From positions 1 to 64,000 of the forward strand of contig NW_026858566.1 in assembly GCF_026571515.1 (NCBI RefSeq): DNA of 64,000 nt, read 5' to 3'. The notes beneath the pieces were generated by a model. That model had not been told where the DNA came from. It did not search any database and saw only the letters and a program-made list of their open reading frames with translations. This DNA is from Ruditapes philippinarum (lineage: Eukaryota). Made by a program: the position numbers and the translations under genes. Below, piece by piece: positions 1 to 12,449 of this stretch. Each line of letters starts with the position of its first letter. Within the stretch, counting starts at the first letter, position 1.

Positions 1-339
1 TCTTTATTCTCAAAAGGACACATCTAGTAAACAGGAAATAAAAACAAGTTTTACCCGATTACAAGTTATGACTTCCTCTCACGATCACCAAAGAGAAAAT
101 GTTTTTTTATCAGTAATGTTTAAACTTGATCAAAGACTTTTTGTCTTTATAATATACATTATTTGACGAAAGAAATGTATTTGTTGACTTGGCATATTCA
201 TTTCTTATTTTTGTTTTTAATGTTGACAGTTTAAATCATTTAATGATTTAATTAGTACATACAGCTGACTCGTATCATAGTTTGGGGACCTTTCTGTTGA
301 AAATGTGTCAGAGTTAAAACTTATACATATACATGCACA

Positions 340-655
340 GTGCGTTAACTGGAGTGCAGGTATTAGTTACCCGCACTCCAGAGCATGCCTATTGATTGGT
401 TCATTTTGTCTGGGGTTTACATATTGTGACGACAGAGAAAGGGATAGCGATATTAATATCATATTCAGAAGCTCGTTCATTGGTTATTTTTTTCTGGGGT
501 TTCATATTGTGACATCAGGGAACGTGTTTTTATTTTTTACTATGATACAAAAGAGAAAGAACATCAAAACACTCGGCAATCAGATTTATACTCGAGGGCT
601 ACGCCCCCTCGTACAAATCAGATAGCCTCGTGTTTCGATGCTCTTTCTATTACTT
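340..655. mobile_element. Fragment of a Crypton-like (tyrosine-recombinase family) non-autonomous palindromic element
   Basis: Seen: imperfect ~95-bp palindrome at ~554-648 centred on gagggctacgccccctc; 14-bp hairpin ctggagtgcaggta-ttagt-tacccgcactccag (349-381); two direct repeats attggtt..ctggggttt(a)catattgtgac (~395, ~480). The family call is an inference from the architecture. Confidence 0.4.
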
Positions 656-723
656 AAATTAATATGTACTAGCATAATAGGATGAATTAAAGTACGAACA
701 TATATTTTTTTTCATCCTCCTTT

Positions 724-830
724 TTAAGGCCTCAAATAGATAGTGAAAAATGCCCTATTTTGACCCAAACACTTGTTTTCGTTTTGAGAAATGTTGTTAA
801 AAAAGTTGATCACTTTTTCGGCGCCGCCCT
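724..830. repeat. Dispersed repeat fragment homologous to the interior of the piggyBac-type MITE at 43763-44344
   Basis: Shares gccctattt..cccaaacact..gtttgagaaatgttgttaaaaaagt..ttttcggcgccgccc with 43825-43922. Confidence 0.75.
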
Positions 831-1079
831 CCTTTAAAACAGGTTTATCAAGGGGGTGCAACAGGGGGATTTGCCTGTGCACATCTAGTTTAATACATAA
901 AAACTGAATTGACAGAGAGTTATCGCATTCAAGAGTTCCTTTGTTCAATATAGTTTGAACATTACCCTGTAAAGTAAATTTAATGGTCTTTAAAATGTAT
1001 CTTATTTTAAAATTTTCATTTTAGGTAAGTGAAAGCAAACTATTATTTTTTTTATCAACATTTACGATTTTTTTCAAAA

Positions 1080-2000
1080 CCTAAGAAAAACCATTTGTTC
1101 TTTCCAGATAAATAAAAGTTAATATTTTCAAATAAAATCGTGCGATTTTTAAAATAAAAAGTTTTTTTTTAATACATTCATGACAATTATTATTTGCCTG
1201 TGAAAGAAATAAATATCAAATAAGTATGGATAACTTACCATCACAGTTTGCAATGATATTAATCCGAGAATCAATCTACGTAGTTTGAAACTGAAATATT
1301 TGCTGAACCTATTTACTGTTTTATCTTTAAATCTACTTAAAACATTTGTATCTTTTAAACTGGCTACGGTTTGATGTATTGGCAGACACAAAATGAACAA
1401 ATGCAAAAAAACAACAACCAAAAAAACAGGAATAAAGATCAACAAGGCAGGCAAAGGCAACGTTCACAGAACGCAGCCCATCGACACACCTAAGTAGGGC
1501 ACCCAGAGGACACCAAACAAAACCCCGGAGTGGACACAAGGGTGGCGAAAGGAGAGGGACATGCAAAGTCATGTACATTTTGTAAAAATGAATCAAAACA
1601 TGAAAATGAATTGAGCTAAAACTTCATTATCAAGAACACATTTGTAGATGTGATGATCAAAAGGAAAGGCAGTAATTGGAAAAATGTTCGTTAAGTGGCA
1701 TTATCCTGCAGACTTAATTATTGCAAGAATAACTTTAGTGATACTAGAATCAAAAGAGAAGTCATGAAACTAATTTGTCTTAACTCAATTTAACATTTCA
1801 CTAAAGAAAATATGACAAAGTTGTTTAATTCCGATGTCAAAATAGAGAAGCCATTGGACATTTTCTTATATTTCATTTGTAAAGTGTGATATCCTAATTT
1901 ATGCCTATGTACATCTTCTCAAACACACTCTTGCATAATTAAAAAAATGAAGTATGACAGGTTATGGTATGAATTGAATCACTCATATAAAATTTCAATT
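1080..2000 (+). pseudogene. Decayed ORF of an unknown paralogous family (CTFC module), interrupted by a short retro-insertion
   Basis: Homologous to 19320-19950, which reads in one frame ..KVVLNAFMTIIIC..YLLNQFTVL..NWLWFDVL..ACTFCKNEF..SIIMNTFVDRM.. with scattered stops. Confidence 0.5.
1408..1560 (-). mobile_element. Short retroposed insertion with a 7-bp TSD (atgcaaa)
   Basis: Absent from the paralogous site (19648 aatgcaaaggcatgtac); flanked by atgcaaa on both sides; related 3' ends (gcgttc..gaacg..gcc..ccttgttgat/acct) at ~28545-28620 (+) and ~46450-46540 (-). Orientation is tentative. Confidence 0.7.
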
Positions 2001-3587
2001 TTTAATTATTATATGTAGTTGATAAACAGCAATATTGAGTTTTGTCAGTCATGGGCCGAATAAATGTGTTTTTGTCATGAAAGGAATTTTATCAAGTAGT
2101 CTTAATTAAATGAATGGTGTTTCTATTTTTTCCGAATCATCAACTATCCAGCTAAGTGGCAACTGAATATTTTTGAGAACGATTTAATATTCTGTTCTGA
2201 TGCTTTTGTTAATGATAACTACAACGTATTAAAACATCACGAAATAAAACATTTTAAATATTAGACACTTAAAGTATCAATATCATAACTTGATTCGTTA
2301 ATCACATTATCATCAACATTGAAGGTCTGGATACTTACGAGCTGAAGTTCTCTAGAAAAGGTATTTGAAATTGCTTTAAGTGAAATGTCGATTTTCTTGA
2401 TGGCAAATTAATGCTCAATATATCAGAGAATAGCTCAACGAATAAGGATGATGATTAAGAGACCAAATAATATTTGAGATAAACTGTTTGTTAGGATTAT
2501 AAGATGCCTGAGATATTTATTTGATAAGATAATAATAATATTTATGAAAACAGTACATGCAAATTGCAGACTAGGTTTCATTAGGGATAATTTATAAGTG
2601 CAAGACCACTTACGCCAACGTAACACCGGTTTCAGCGTTATTCGATCAAAACAGTCAGTGTTATATCATAGCTGGGTTAATCTTATAGACATGTTTAGTG
2701 TTATAGTCAGGTTTGTGTTTACGTTCCATTGCTATGTCATAGTTAGGTTCTCCTTCTTTGTTGTTTTTGCTTTTATTTGTATGAGATAAACAGCAATTTA
2801 GGTATTTTCTTTTATCGTTTGAAAGGAAAGTAATTTTATTGAGAAACTCAAATTGGAGAACAAATTTTAAATGCTTTACGTTTAATCAGCCTTGTAATAA
2901 GAATGAATTATGGTTTAGAATTGGATTCTCTCTCTTATTATAAAATAATTAATTAAGAAGGACCTTAGAAGATTGTCAAATAAATAAGACATATATATTG
3001 CTGATGAGAAATATCAATACTGCTTTGTCAAAACATTTGAATGTGATTTGTTAAAATTTACTTTTTAATAGCAGTATTCTTATTTAATTTGACTAAGCGA
3101 AAAATGTGTGTTTTTTCTTCAGAAGATAAGGAAGTAATGATCACACATTTATTTATTTAAGCATCGTAAATTTGAAATGCTTCAATTTATGTCTAATTTA
3201 GCTTTACTTTTTATTCTGTTCATACAAATGCAATTTGATGATGAGAGATATTTGCGTTTTATTTATGTAATTAAACATGATTTTGTAAAGCAAACAACAA
3301 CATCACGACAAATACATTATTGAAACTAATAAAATGAAAATTTTAAAATATATCAGACTCCATATAATTGTAGATGAAAGCAATTAACAACTTTCACAGA
3401 AGACTGTGAGTCCAAAACACAGGAAATTAAATATCACATATTGAAAAAAATGAAATATCTTGATCGATACCAAACAAATGACAAGGAAAATGAATTTGTG
3501 TTCGTCCTCAGCCGGCGTGCTGTCGCGAAGAAAGAAAAAAACCCACAAGCAATCGAATTTAATATTTAATTTATTAGTGTTGATTAA

Positions 3588-4060
3588 AACTAGAACTATC
3601 ACTTAAGGTGCTTAATACCCTCACCATTACCCTTGACTTTTTTGGAAAATAAGTGGTCCGAAGCAAAATTTGAACTCAGCCTATAATTCATGAAGTATCA
3701 AACCATTTTACTAATTTTGTAACACTGACCTTGACCCTAGGGGGTCCAAAGCAAACCGACCTGGGGTCTTCATATAACCTTGCTAAATACGAAGTTTGAT
3801 TACAATATCTCATTCCTAACTTGTTTATTGTCTGGAAACCATTTTTCTATTTTAGTAACAGTGACATTGACCTTGACCCCAAGGAGTCTAAATACAATAC
3901 CAACACAGGTCTTCATATAAGCTTGGTAAATACCAAGTTTGATTACAATATCTCATTCCAAACTCTAGTTATCGTCAAGAAACCGTGAATGAGACCGACG
4001 AACCGACCGACCGACAATCTGACTCCTATATTCCCCTAAACTTCGTTTGTGAGGGTATAA
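3588..4060 (+). mobile_element. HINE/pearl-type (Helentron-associated) non-autonomous element
   Basis: aactag start; subterminal inverted repeat ataccctcac (3615-3624)/gtgagggtat (4049-4058); internal ~140-bp core repeats with tgaccttgacc; (ccga)n microsatellite; 3' stem-loop. Confidence 0.8.
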
Positions 4061-4199
4061 ATATATATAACAATATTTAAACATTACAATTGAAAAAGTT
4101 ATTCTAAATGATAACGATTTTTATGGGAAATAAATTACATACCAAAATGGCTTCTTTTTAAAAGCTGTAACAATTCATTCGCAAAAAGAATAGACGACG

Positions 4200-4420
4200 T
4201 AATATATTGATTTATAACAGAAAATAAGAAATGACAGGTATTGGCAATATTAGCTTGTTATGTAAGGAAGTATGTCTGATAGAAACAAATGTGACTCTAG
4301 AGATATACGTGAATTGGTGAAATGATAAGATTTATTACCAGAGGCGTCCAGTGAGATATACCTCGATGTAAATCATCCTTAGTATTTTATGCGATCACAG
4401 CTTTCTGTAAAAATAAAATG
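4200..4420 (+). pseudogene. Decayed ORF, EMTG..EVC..NW..HP module of the unknown family
   Basis: Reads MTGIGNISLLCKEVCLIETNVTLEIYVNW*NDKIYYQRRP/EIYLDVNHP*YF/AITAFC (two frameshifts); homologous to ~9495, 12907, 26419, 29451, 31431 and 34354. Confidence 0.6.
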
Positions 4421-5747
4421 GCATGTAATTTATAATCTAAAATTGATCAATATATTAAGTATTTCATACATCAGAATAATTTGAATGGAATGCTACAAAA
4501 TTATGTTATTGTTTACCAAACAGCAATATAAAATAAGGTTAAAATTATCTGATTTTGGTATTCAAATGTTCCAATAGGTTATCTAATGTTTGGGTTTCCT
4601 TGTTTTTTTTTAATTAAATAGACACGGTAATGTAATATTCTTTTATGCAACAGTGATATAATGATATTAAAGAAAACTTAATATTTAAGACAGTTGTAGA
4701 CATAAAAGTGTGTAAAGATATATATCTGCTGCAAAAATTATTGTTTGAATTCTAAAGAATACTTCCAAAATGCTTGGAACCAATATAATTTACTGTTGAT
4801 ACATTTTATACAAATATTTCATAAGATTAAGCTTTATATCTTTTATTGCAATGTATGGATTATGTATATCTCTATTTGTATTAGAAAACTACAATTTATA
4901 GCAGTAACATGCAATATTATTGAAACAACATTAACACATCGGGCAGAACATTTTAATTTACTTTTTGTCAGTTTCCATTATTACATCATTCACATTCAAT
5001 CGATGCAGGATGAACGATACTGAACAACAACGATGAGTCAATACTGAACTGTTTTTCGTTTAAATAAGGCAGTTGATAGAATCAACGTGATACTTGTTTG
5101 TGCCCCAAGCTTCTGTGGTGTAAATGTATTATATTTCAAAATTTAAAAAGAAAACGTTATTTGTAACAGTGCATACGACGTTATGAAATCAAGCAAGTCG
5201 AGAATTGTCTAACATACAATGTATATAGTAAAGATTTCTACCCATGTTACAGTTGGTGTTAGTTGAGTTTATTTTCATATAAACTTCAACATTGTCAATG
5301 TGATATAAAAAGCCGCCTTATGTTTATCATAAAGGTCTGTTTATTTGTTAAAACATAAATACAAATAATGACCATTAGAAAATATCTGTTTTTGTTTTGT
5401 TTTATTTTTAATAGTGTTGTCGTAATGTAGCTAAATAGAATTGTTCTCTTTTGTTTTGTCATTGTTTCTTAGAAAAAAAAACATCAACACAAAATGTCAA
5501 TTCTCATATTTGTGTCTTTTTTGTAACTGTTCAATATAGGTTAATCAGTAGTTGCTCTTATGTTTGTTTCATATATTTTCTCAAAAATCCAAAACAACAG
5601 ACTTTTAAAATATCAATAAGAATTAATTTTTCTTGAACAATTTACCCTGAAAAATATCACCTTCCATGCAAAAATTAGTTTCTGAAGATAATGATGACTA
5701 CTATATCTTAAATGAATTTAATATATAATGTAGAATGAAGCAATCAT

Positions 5748-5912
5748 ATGTTTGTTTGTTTTTGTTTCTTTGTTTGTTTTGGGTTTTACGTCACATCGAC
5801 ACAGTATAGGTCATATCGCGACGTTCCAGCGAAGACCTCAGGTGCCCTTCCGTGCATTATTTCAGGCACAAACGGGCACCTGAAAAGAACAACCGACGTT
5901 CCGTAAGCTAGT
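5748..5912 (-). mobile_element. MetaSINE-type SINE, 3' fragment
   Basis: (tttg)n tail plus a Meta-domain-like core (gaagacctcaggtgcccttccgtgcattatttcaggcacaaacgggcacctg); same family as 7441, 23740 and 47935. Confidence 0.8.
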
Positions 5913-6699
5913 AATATGTAATTATCTGTAAATTTACAAGAATTATATTTCAGGTATTTTGTTCAATATCAGTTCGATATAGACTTGGTCTCAACAAAAG
6001 ATGACAATGACGGATATAAATAACGACGTGCTTAACCTGGATTTTGTTACTTTTACTCTCCACTTACAGTTATGTTGTTAATTTGAGTTTTGATTATGCC
6101 ATACAATACATATCACAATGTTTTCCTTTTACAGAATTAAAAATGATTGATTTAATTTTGATTACATGCGCTTCCATCTCCACTTCTTACATTTCCCTTA
6201 GATTTATTGATGTATTAAGTGAATTGATTTAAATTTATTTAGTCAGCTTAATAATCACTCTGAACTGAAAATTGACTTGGCATAAGAATATCAAGGCCGT
6301 GTGAAGCTAGCTGGTCAAAATACTGAGGGAATTGTAAAAGTACAAACAAAACCATAATGGAGAAATTTGTTACTAAAGACATTATGTTAAAACTGAAATT
6401 GTGTTACATGTATATCTTAAGGTAATAGTCTTTAAGGTAGAAAATGAAACTACAATGAAATTAAAATTACTATTTAATTATTCCCCAAAACAGGGTTTTT
6501 AACACTAATAGAAAATTCTTTCATCGATTAGAAGATCTTGTAACAGCCGTGAAAATATTATTTTTTTCAATGATTTTCAGAGAAACATCTGGATCAAACA
6601 ACAGGTTATGCTTTTGAACACATCCCGAAAAATCTTGTTATAATCATTTAAATTTTTTTTTTATCCTATATATGTCTACTTACAATAATGTATGTCTTT

Positions 6700-7330
6700 T
6701 TAAAGCTTGAAATCATATGTAGGCAATCAATTGATAACGAAAGGTAGAAAAAATATTTGCTTATTTATTTCTGTTACATCAAGCTAGACTTTTTCGTGAT
6801 AATCAACAGATGCTCGGACTCAATGTGCAATTAAAAGTAATGACTAACATAAAGAATGATGTTATATATACTTTGATAAACCAGAATGTTACTTTAAACG
6901 AATGCATTTATGTTGTTATCTTTGGATTTTTATTTTACATTTTGTGAGATACTTTTGTATCATCTCGGATTGAAATGAATTGGACTAAGAGTTATTAACA
7001 AGAATAAATGTAGAAAGCATCGGCAGCAGGATGGCAGTAATTGAAAAGAATTACCATAATGCTGCATAATGATACAGACTGAATTGTCACGAGGATATTT
7101 TAAAGTGATATTTTAAGAATAAAGAAATGAATACTTAATTATTTGTATTAGCTCAATTCAATTTTCCTCTAAAGAAAATGTTGGCCAATTAAAACGTCAA
7201 AATAAAAGAATTATTTTGATCATTTGTGTTTTGTGTCATTCTAGAATGCAAATATTTCACTTTTTGTCATAAACACAAATTTGCATCATATAAAGCTAAA
7301 ATATTATCGAATAATAAATGACATAAATTG
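6700..7330 (+). pseudogene. Decayed paralog of the 1080-2000/19320-19950 module
   Basis: Nucleotide similarity ggcagtaattg..cagactgaattgtc..caattttcctctaaagaaaatg..gtcaaaataa shared with 1665-1850 and 19755-19920; duplicate at 23020-23620. Confidence 0.5.
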
Positions 7331-7440
7331 AAACTCTCAAGTGAAATGTAAAGTTGACTTGTTGTTGACAAACCAGCGAACTTTAAAACGTTATTAGACG
7401 GTCTGGCATTAGCTGAATGACTATCATTCATTATCACATT

Positions 7441-7660
7441 TTGGGTAGGGTTTTATGTCGCACCAACACAATATAGGTCATATTGCGATCTTTACTGGTG
7501 AAGGAAAAACTCAGGTGTCTTTACGTGTATTATTTCAGGCGCAAACGGGCACCTGAGTAGAACTACCCACGTAGTTTGATAGTTTTCTCACATAAAATAA
7601 TCTAAAGTCCTGGTCAGGAATAGGACAAACAGTGGTAAGGACCTTAAGGACTCGGTCACC
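7441..7660 (-). mobile_element. MetaSINE-type SINE (shared with the duplicate at 23740-23980)
   Basis: ttttatgtcgcaccaacacaatataggtcatat..tatttcaggcgcaaacgggcacctgagtagaac; sits at the orthologous site in both segmental copies. Confidence 0.8.
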
Positions 7661-8282
7661 CCCATTATGACAATAAAGATTACAAAATCTTCAAATTTAA
7701 TGAATTTTGTCTATTAATTTTCCGTTAAGCTTGTGACTCAAGAAGTTAAAACTTTCAACTCACATTAATAATCGATTTTTTTCACAAGAGAACATTGGAG
7801 TATATTCTGATAATTACGAGGACATGCATGAAAAACGTTTAAATATGATACCTTTCTAGTCTGTGAATCACAAGGGAATGATTGTTGCCATCATCACATT
7901 TATTAGACTACTGCTGGATGATGACTCATTCATGGTTTCAGATACACCTGTATATTTTTAAAGAAAACACTTAATTCATTTTTCAGCTCAAACATTTACT
8001 TTTCAGGATACCACTGTTTATAATATTTTTCTGCTTCATTCATATGAGGTGTGTAGTGTGCTTGTATTCAATTTCATTTGCTGACCTGAAACAACTTTTG
8101 TTCATATCAAATAAAACTATTTGAGCGATGGGATTCAATTTTAATTGTTTTATGTCATAGTCATCAATCAAATTATCAATGATAGTTTAAATTTCAATGC
8201 TAATTTAAAATTATAAAAACATGTTATCATATACAATTATTGTTATCATTTGCTTTTTCATAAATATTATTTTATTATTCAA

Positions 8283-8490
8283 GGCGGGCGTCCTTGGCCT
8301 ATTTTTTAGGTCATAGACTTTAAAGTGCTTGCCCCCATGCGTTCGAAATCCGACAGAGACTTCAGATTATTTCACGAAGATGCGCGTTCGGGTCTGAAAC
8401 AAAGCAAGGAGGGACACATACGTTCCTCTACCTGCAGTAAAGCTAGAAAAGTTGACAAACTTCGTAGGTGCGACTTTACCAAAACTAAAA
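8283..8490 (+). mobile_element. Degenerate tRNA-derived SINE (MetaSINE-like)
   Basis: tRNA-like head (ggcgtccttggcc.. gttcgaaatcc B-box-like), followed by cagtaaagctagaaa..ggtgcgacttta as in the other family copies. Confidence 0.55.
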
Positions 8491-8549
8491 GAAATTTGTT
8501 CAAGGAAGTTCATTTATGGTTTCAAAACTTAAACATAAAACACATGTTA

Positions 8550-9383
8550 ATTTAGATATATAAATGCAGGACAATTAAACAAGTATTCGATGTCCCTATG
8601 GAAGGTACGGCAACAAGAAAACAATATCCAAGTAACTGACAAAACAGGACAGAATTTAATATCAGTATCAGACTTATCTTTGTTGGGATAAAGGAAGGTA
8701 GAGCAACAAGAAAATCACCTACAAGGGCCCGACGAAGCAAGACAGAATACGAATATTAAGACAATTCAGTCCCAACGGGCTTTCGAAACTTCCATCATAG
8801 AGTCTCCCACTTAGTCCGTCAGATGTACTAGTAAATAAAAGAGGAACGCGTAGCGTTTATCTGTAAAAGGGTTGAACACAAAGCATGCGGTATGCCATAA
8901 AATAATTGGGTCATAACTTCTTTTGATAAACCGTTTGATAATTTTAGTGAAAACAGCAGAAAAATTACCATGGCCCATGATTCTACGAAGTTTGTAAACC
9001 ACATCTCCATAGAAATCAGGTTTGCTAATACCTAGTCGTAAAAGAGTTTTTAAATAACAATTAAATTTTAAAACTAAATCTGAATGACGATGGTAAAACT
9101 TAAAATATTTAGGCAATTTATCATAGCGATAGCCTTGTTTAAGAAGCTTGTTAGTAATAAATATATTGCGTTCATTAAAATCATCAACACGACTGCACGC
9201 CCTAGCGAATCTAATTAATTGAGAAATATACACCCCATATGATGTAGCATGATGTACATCTCCATCTAAATGTTGACAGTTAACAATATTAAAATCAAAA
9301 TCATCTCTTTTATCGTAGATATTAGTAACTATAGTATTGTTAATGATATAAATGCTTAAAAAAAAAGATAAACCGAGTTGCAA
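8550..9383 (-). mobile_element. Penelope-like retrotransposon relic: RT C-terminal/thumb region plus 3' flank (Naiad/Chlamys-like)
   Basis: ORF 8811-9383 contains IYDKRDDFDFNIVN..LDGDV..ATSYGVYISQLIRFARACS..DFNERN..KLLKQGYRY, characteristic of the PLE RT C-terminus; 5'-truncated. A ~100-bp homolog of its distal end is at 25513-25608 and 30531-30626. Confidence 0.85.
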
Positions 9384-9399
9384 TTGTCACTGTTGAACT

Positions 9400-10450
9400 A
9401 TGTTTCCGTCGCTCTCTCATTTATCATTAAGAGCTCTAACAACATCTTTAATTAAGAAAAAGGCAACGTAAAATATTGTTTTGTAGAATAAAATATGAAT
9501 AGACAGACAGTACTTATTTTAGCTTTAAATCCAATAAAGTTTGTCTGATAGAATCAAAAGAGCTGCTTGATATGTACGTGACTTGGTAAAACGATAAAGT
9601 TTATAACCAGACACGTCCGGGGAGATGTATCTCGTTGTAAATCAGCCATAATATTTTTATGCTATCACAGAATAATATGGCACAAGGATTTATCAAAAGA
9701 TATTTAACATCAACATAAATTTTAAATGCAATGCTAAGAAATTTATGTTCCTATTCATTACTTAGCAACGATTTAATATAGATGCAAAAAAAAGATAAAA
9801 TAATAATTTTGGTTTTCAGCTTTGTCCACGCAAACATTCTTTTCAAAGGCTTAGTAAGATTATATGAAATGTAATTATATTAACAGTTTGTTTTGTTTGG
9901 TTTCCAAAACAGTTTAGGACGTATATCGATATAAATCTTTCTAGAATAATATTAAACACAACACTTTTTTTTCGGAAGAAAACATTAAGACCATGTATGG
10001 ATTTAAATTCGTTACAATTCAACTTTAAAGCCACATGCAGTAACAACTAGCAACTCTTGCAGAACTTGAAATTAACAAGCTTTCTGTCAATTCCTTTTAT
10101 TACATTATTTATAAATAATCGATTTCAGATTACTGCTTTTTGCATAGCAATGATGAGACAATACAGAACTGCTCTAAGAATTATAGAACATATCAACAAG
10201 TTTATTGGTAGAATACGATTCTTTCCGAAACTTATACCTATCCTAAAGTAGTGTTGAATAAATGCATTGTACAAATGTTTATGATAAATCAATACATATA
10301 AATACAAATATTACATCTATATCAAGCATAAAATACAACCATCAAGAATATTATAAAATCAGTGATGTTAACAAAACTCGAATCAAACAAGATTTTAAGA
10401 ACAATAAACGAACGAATGGCATAATTAATGATATACTAGATATACATGTA
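9400..10450 (+). pseudogene. Decayed ORFs of the unknown family (EVC/NW module followed by a long in-frame stretch)
   Basis: 9430-9670 reads ..ALTTSLIKKRQRKILFCRIKYE..; 9972-10440 reads ~155 codons in one frame (EENIKTMYGFKFVTIQL..DYCFLHSNDETIQNCSKNYRTYQQVYW*NTILSET..) with isolated stops. Duplicates at 26350-27400 and 31360-32400. Confidence 0.55.
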
Positions 10451-12449
10451 CTGAAAATCACTTTATCTTTTTATCAATAAAACAAGTTGATATATTCTGC
10501 TTTAAGAAATATTTATTCTTAGTGTTTAGTTAAGTATTGTAGAAAAATTAAAAGATATCTACAGTAGCTACATAATAAACTTTTTCAAAAGTGATAAATT
10601 GTACATAAGAAATAGTCGAGTATGTCTTTTATAACCGTCGTTCTTGTGATGAAGACTGACTCTCACTTTACACATTTGAACATTACTTTATTGCCTCGTT
10701 ATGGCTATACAAGCAGTCCATCATAGTTAGAAAATGCACAAAGTGCCAATTATTGTAATTGCATTCTTTTTTGTCTGACCTTTCAATATTTGCTAATCGA
10801 TCGTTTCATTTTGTTAGTCGAAAAAAGCTTCGAAACGTTAGATTTCTCAATATAACAACTTGGTCGAAACAGATATTTTCTTAATATAAGTTTTATGTAA
10901 AAATATAAATTTTATAAACAGCTGCTCGATAAATATAATCATTATGTAAAAAATTCAATTTTAAATGATTATTTTGTATCATTGGTTGTTTCAATTTGCC
11001 ATAGGTTGTATGTTTCTCGCAGTTGATTTTCGACAGTTGTTCCGAATGTTAGAAAAAAAAACTTTACATCTGACTAAAATCATTAAGACTCATAAATAGA
11101 CCAAGTTTCTGCTCAGAATGCGCAAAATTTCATTAAAAGTGAGATAAAAAAAAGACAAGCTGTTTTCATATCCAAATAGAGACAAAAAAGCTGATTATGA
11201 TACTTTTGAAATTGCAGCATCGTTTATGACGTGTATGCCGCACTGACAAATTCTATAGGTTGACAAAAAAGTATATCAAAATAAAATATACATCGTTAAT
11301 AAGTTTAATTAAATAACAAAATAACTGTGTAACCTTGATGAAATAAAAAATGAAGAAAATATAGAATGAAATTAGGATTATATTTAATTAATTGATTTAT
11401 TTATTTGATGGTTACGCAGGTATTTTCGGGGATTTTTGTACAATATCTATCCCATGCATTTTACAGGAGTCCCGAAAATGGGAGATAATTGCAATTTTAC
11501 TGTCAACTCTCTCCGCTGAGATGCAAATCTTTGAATTTATCATTATATAATTAAAAAATTATCTGAGGTCATTTTATACATATTTTACAAACACAATGAG
11601 CAATATCTATTTTTGCTGACATATAACTGTCATTTTCTTTACTTCTCACATTACGGTCAAAAGATTTTGATACTTCAGTGGATGACTAGATAGTGTAATA
11701 TCTTAATATTTCTCAGCTTAATAATAATAAAAAAGAAGACGGGTTGTGGCTTTAAATTATATATATTGGCTGACAATCGATTAGACATGAAAATATATGT
11801 GATGGAAAGCAAGCGCAAGTCGTAAAATAAGAAAAAGATTTTACTTAAGTCACAACGTTATAATGTGAAAAAATCGTATTTCAGCTTTAAGGAATGGTCT
11901 TTTAGGACTTTAAGGACAGAAAATAAGTCTTTTTGATAGTATTATTAAAATTAATATATAATTATTTCTCAGTTATATACATTATTTCGATAGAATCAAG
12001 AGTTATCATAACTATCTTTGTCCTGAAATTTATTTTATCAGTGAATCATAATTTAAACAACTTGTTTAAAGTTATTTTCAAGCTACTAAAACAGCTTTAT
12101 TTGCATGGAAAGTACATTATCATGTTGCAAAGAATAAATATAATTATGTTATTTTTTAAAATATTTTTTCCGTACTTGCTATTTTGTTTCACGTGTATGT
12201 AGATAATAAAATACAATCAGTATTTTATTCAATCAGTATACTATTTTATGGTCTTAGAAGCAAAAAGCAAAATCCATCTTAGTTGTAAACAATGGTTCAT
12301 TGTAATTTATTCTTTAATCGATATAAATAGTTCCCCTTTAATATATTACTGTCAGTTATACAATGAAAATGCAGTGTTTTTATGAATAACACTGATTTAT
12401 AATTTCTCATTTAATTACAGGACACGCTTTTTATATTTGCATTATTACA

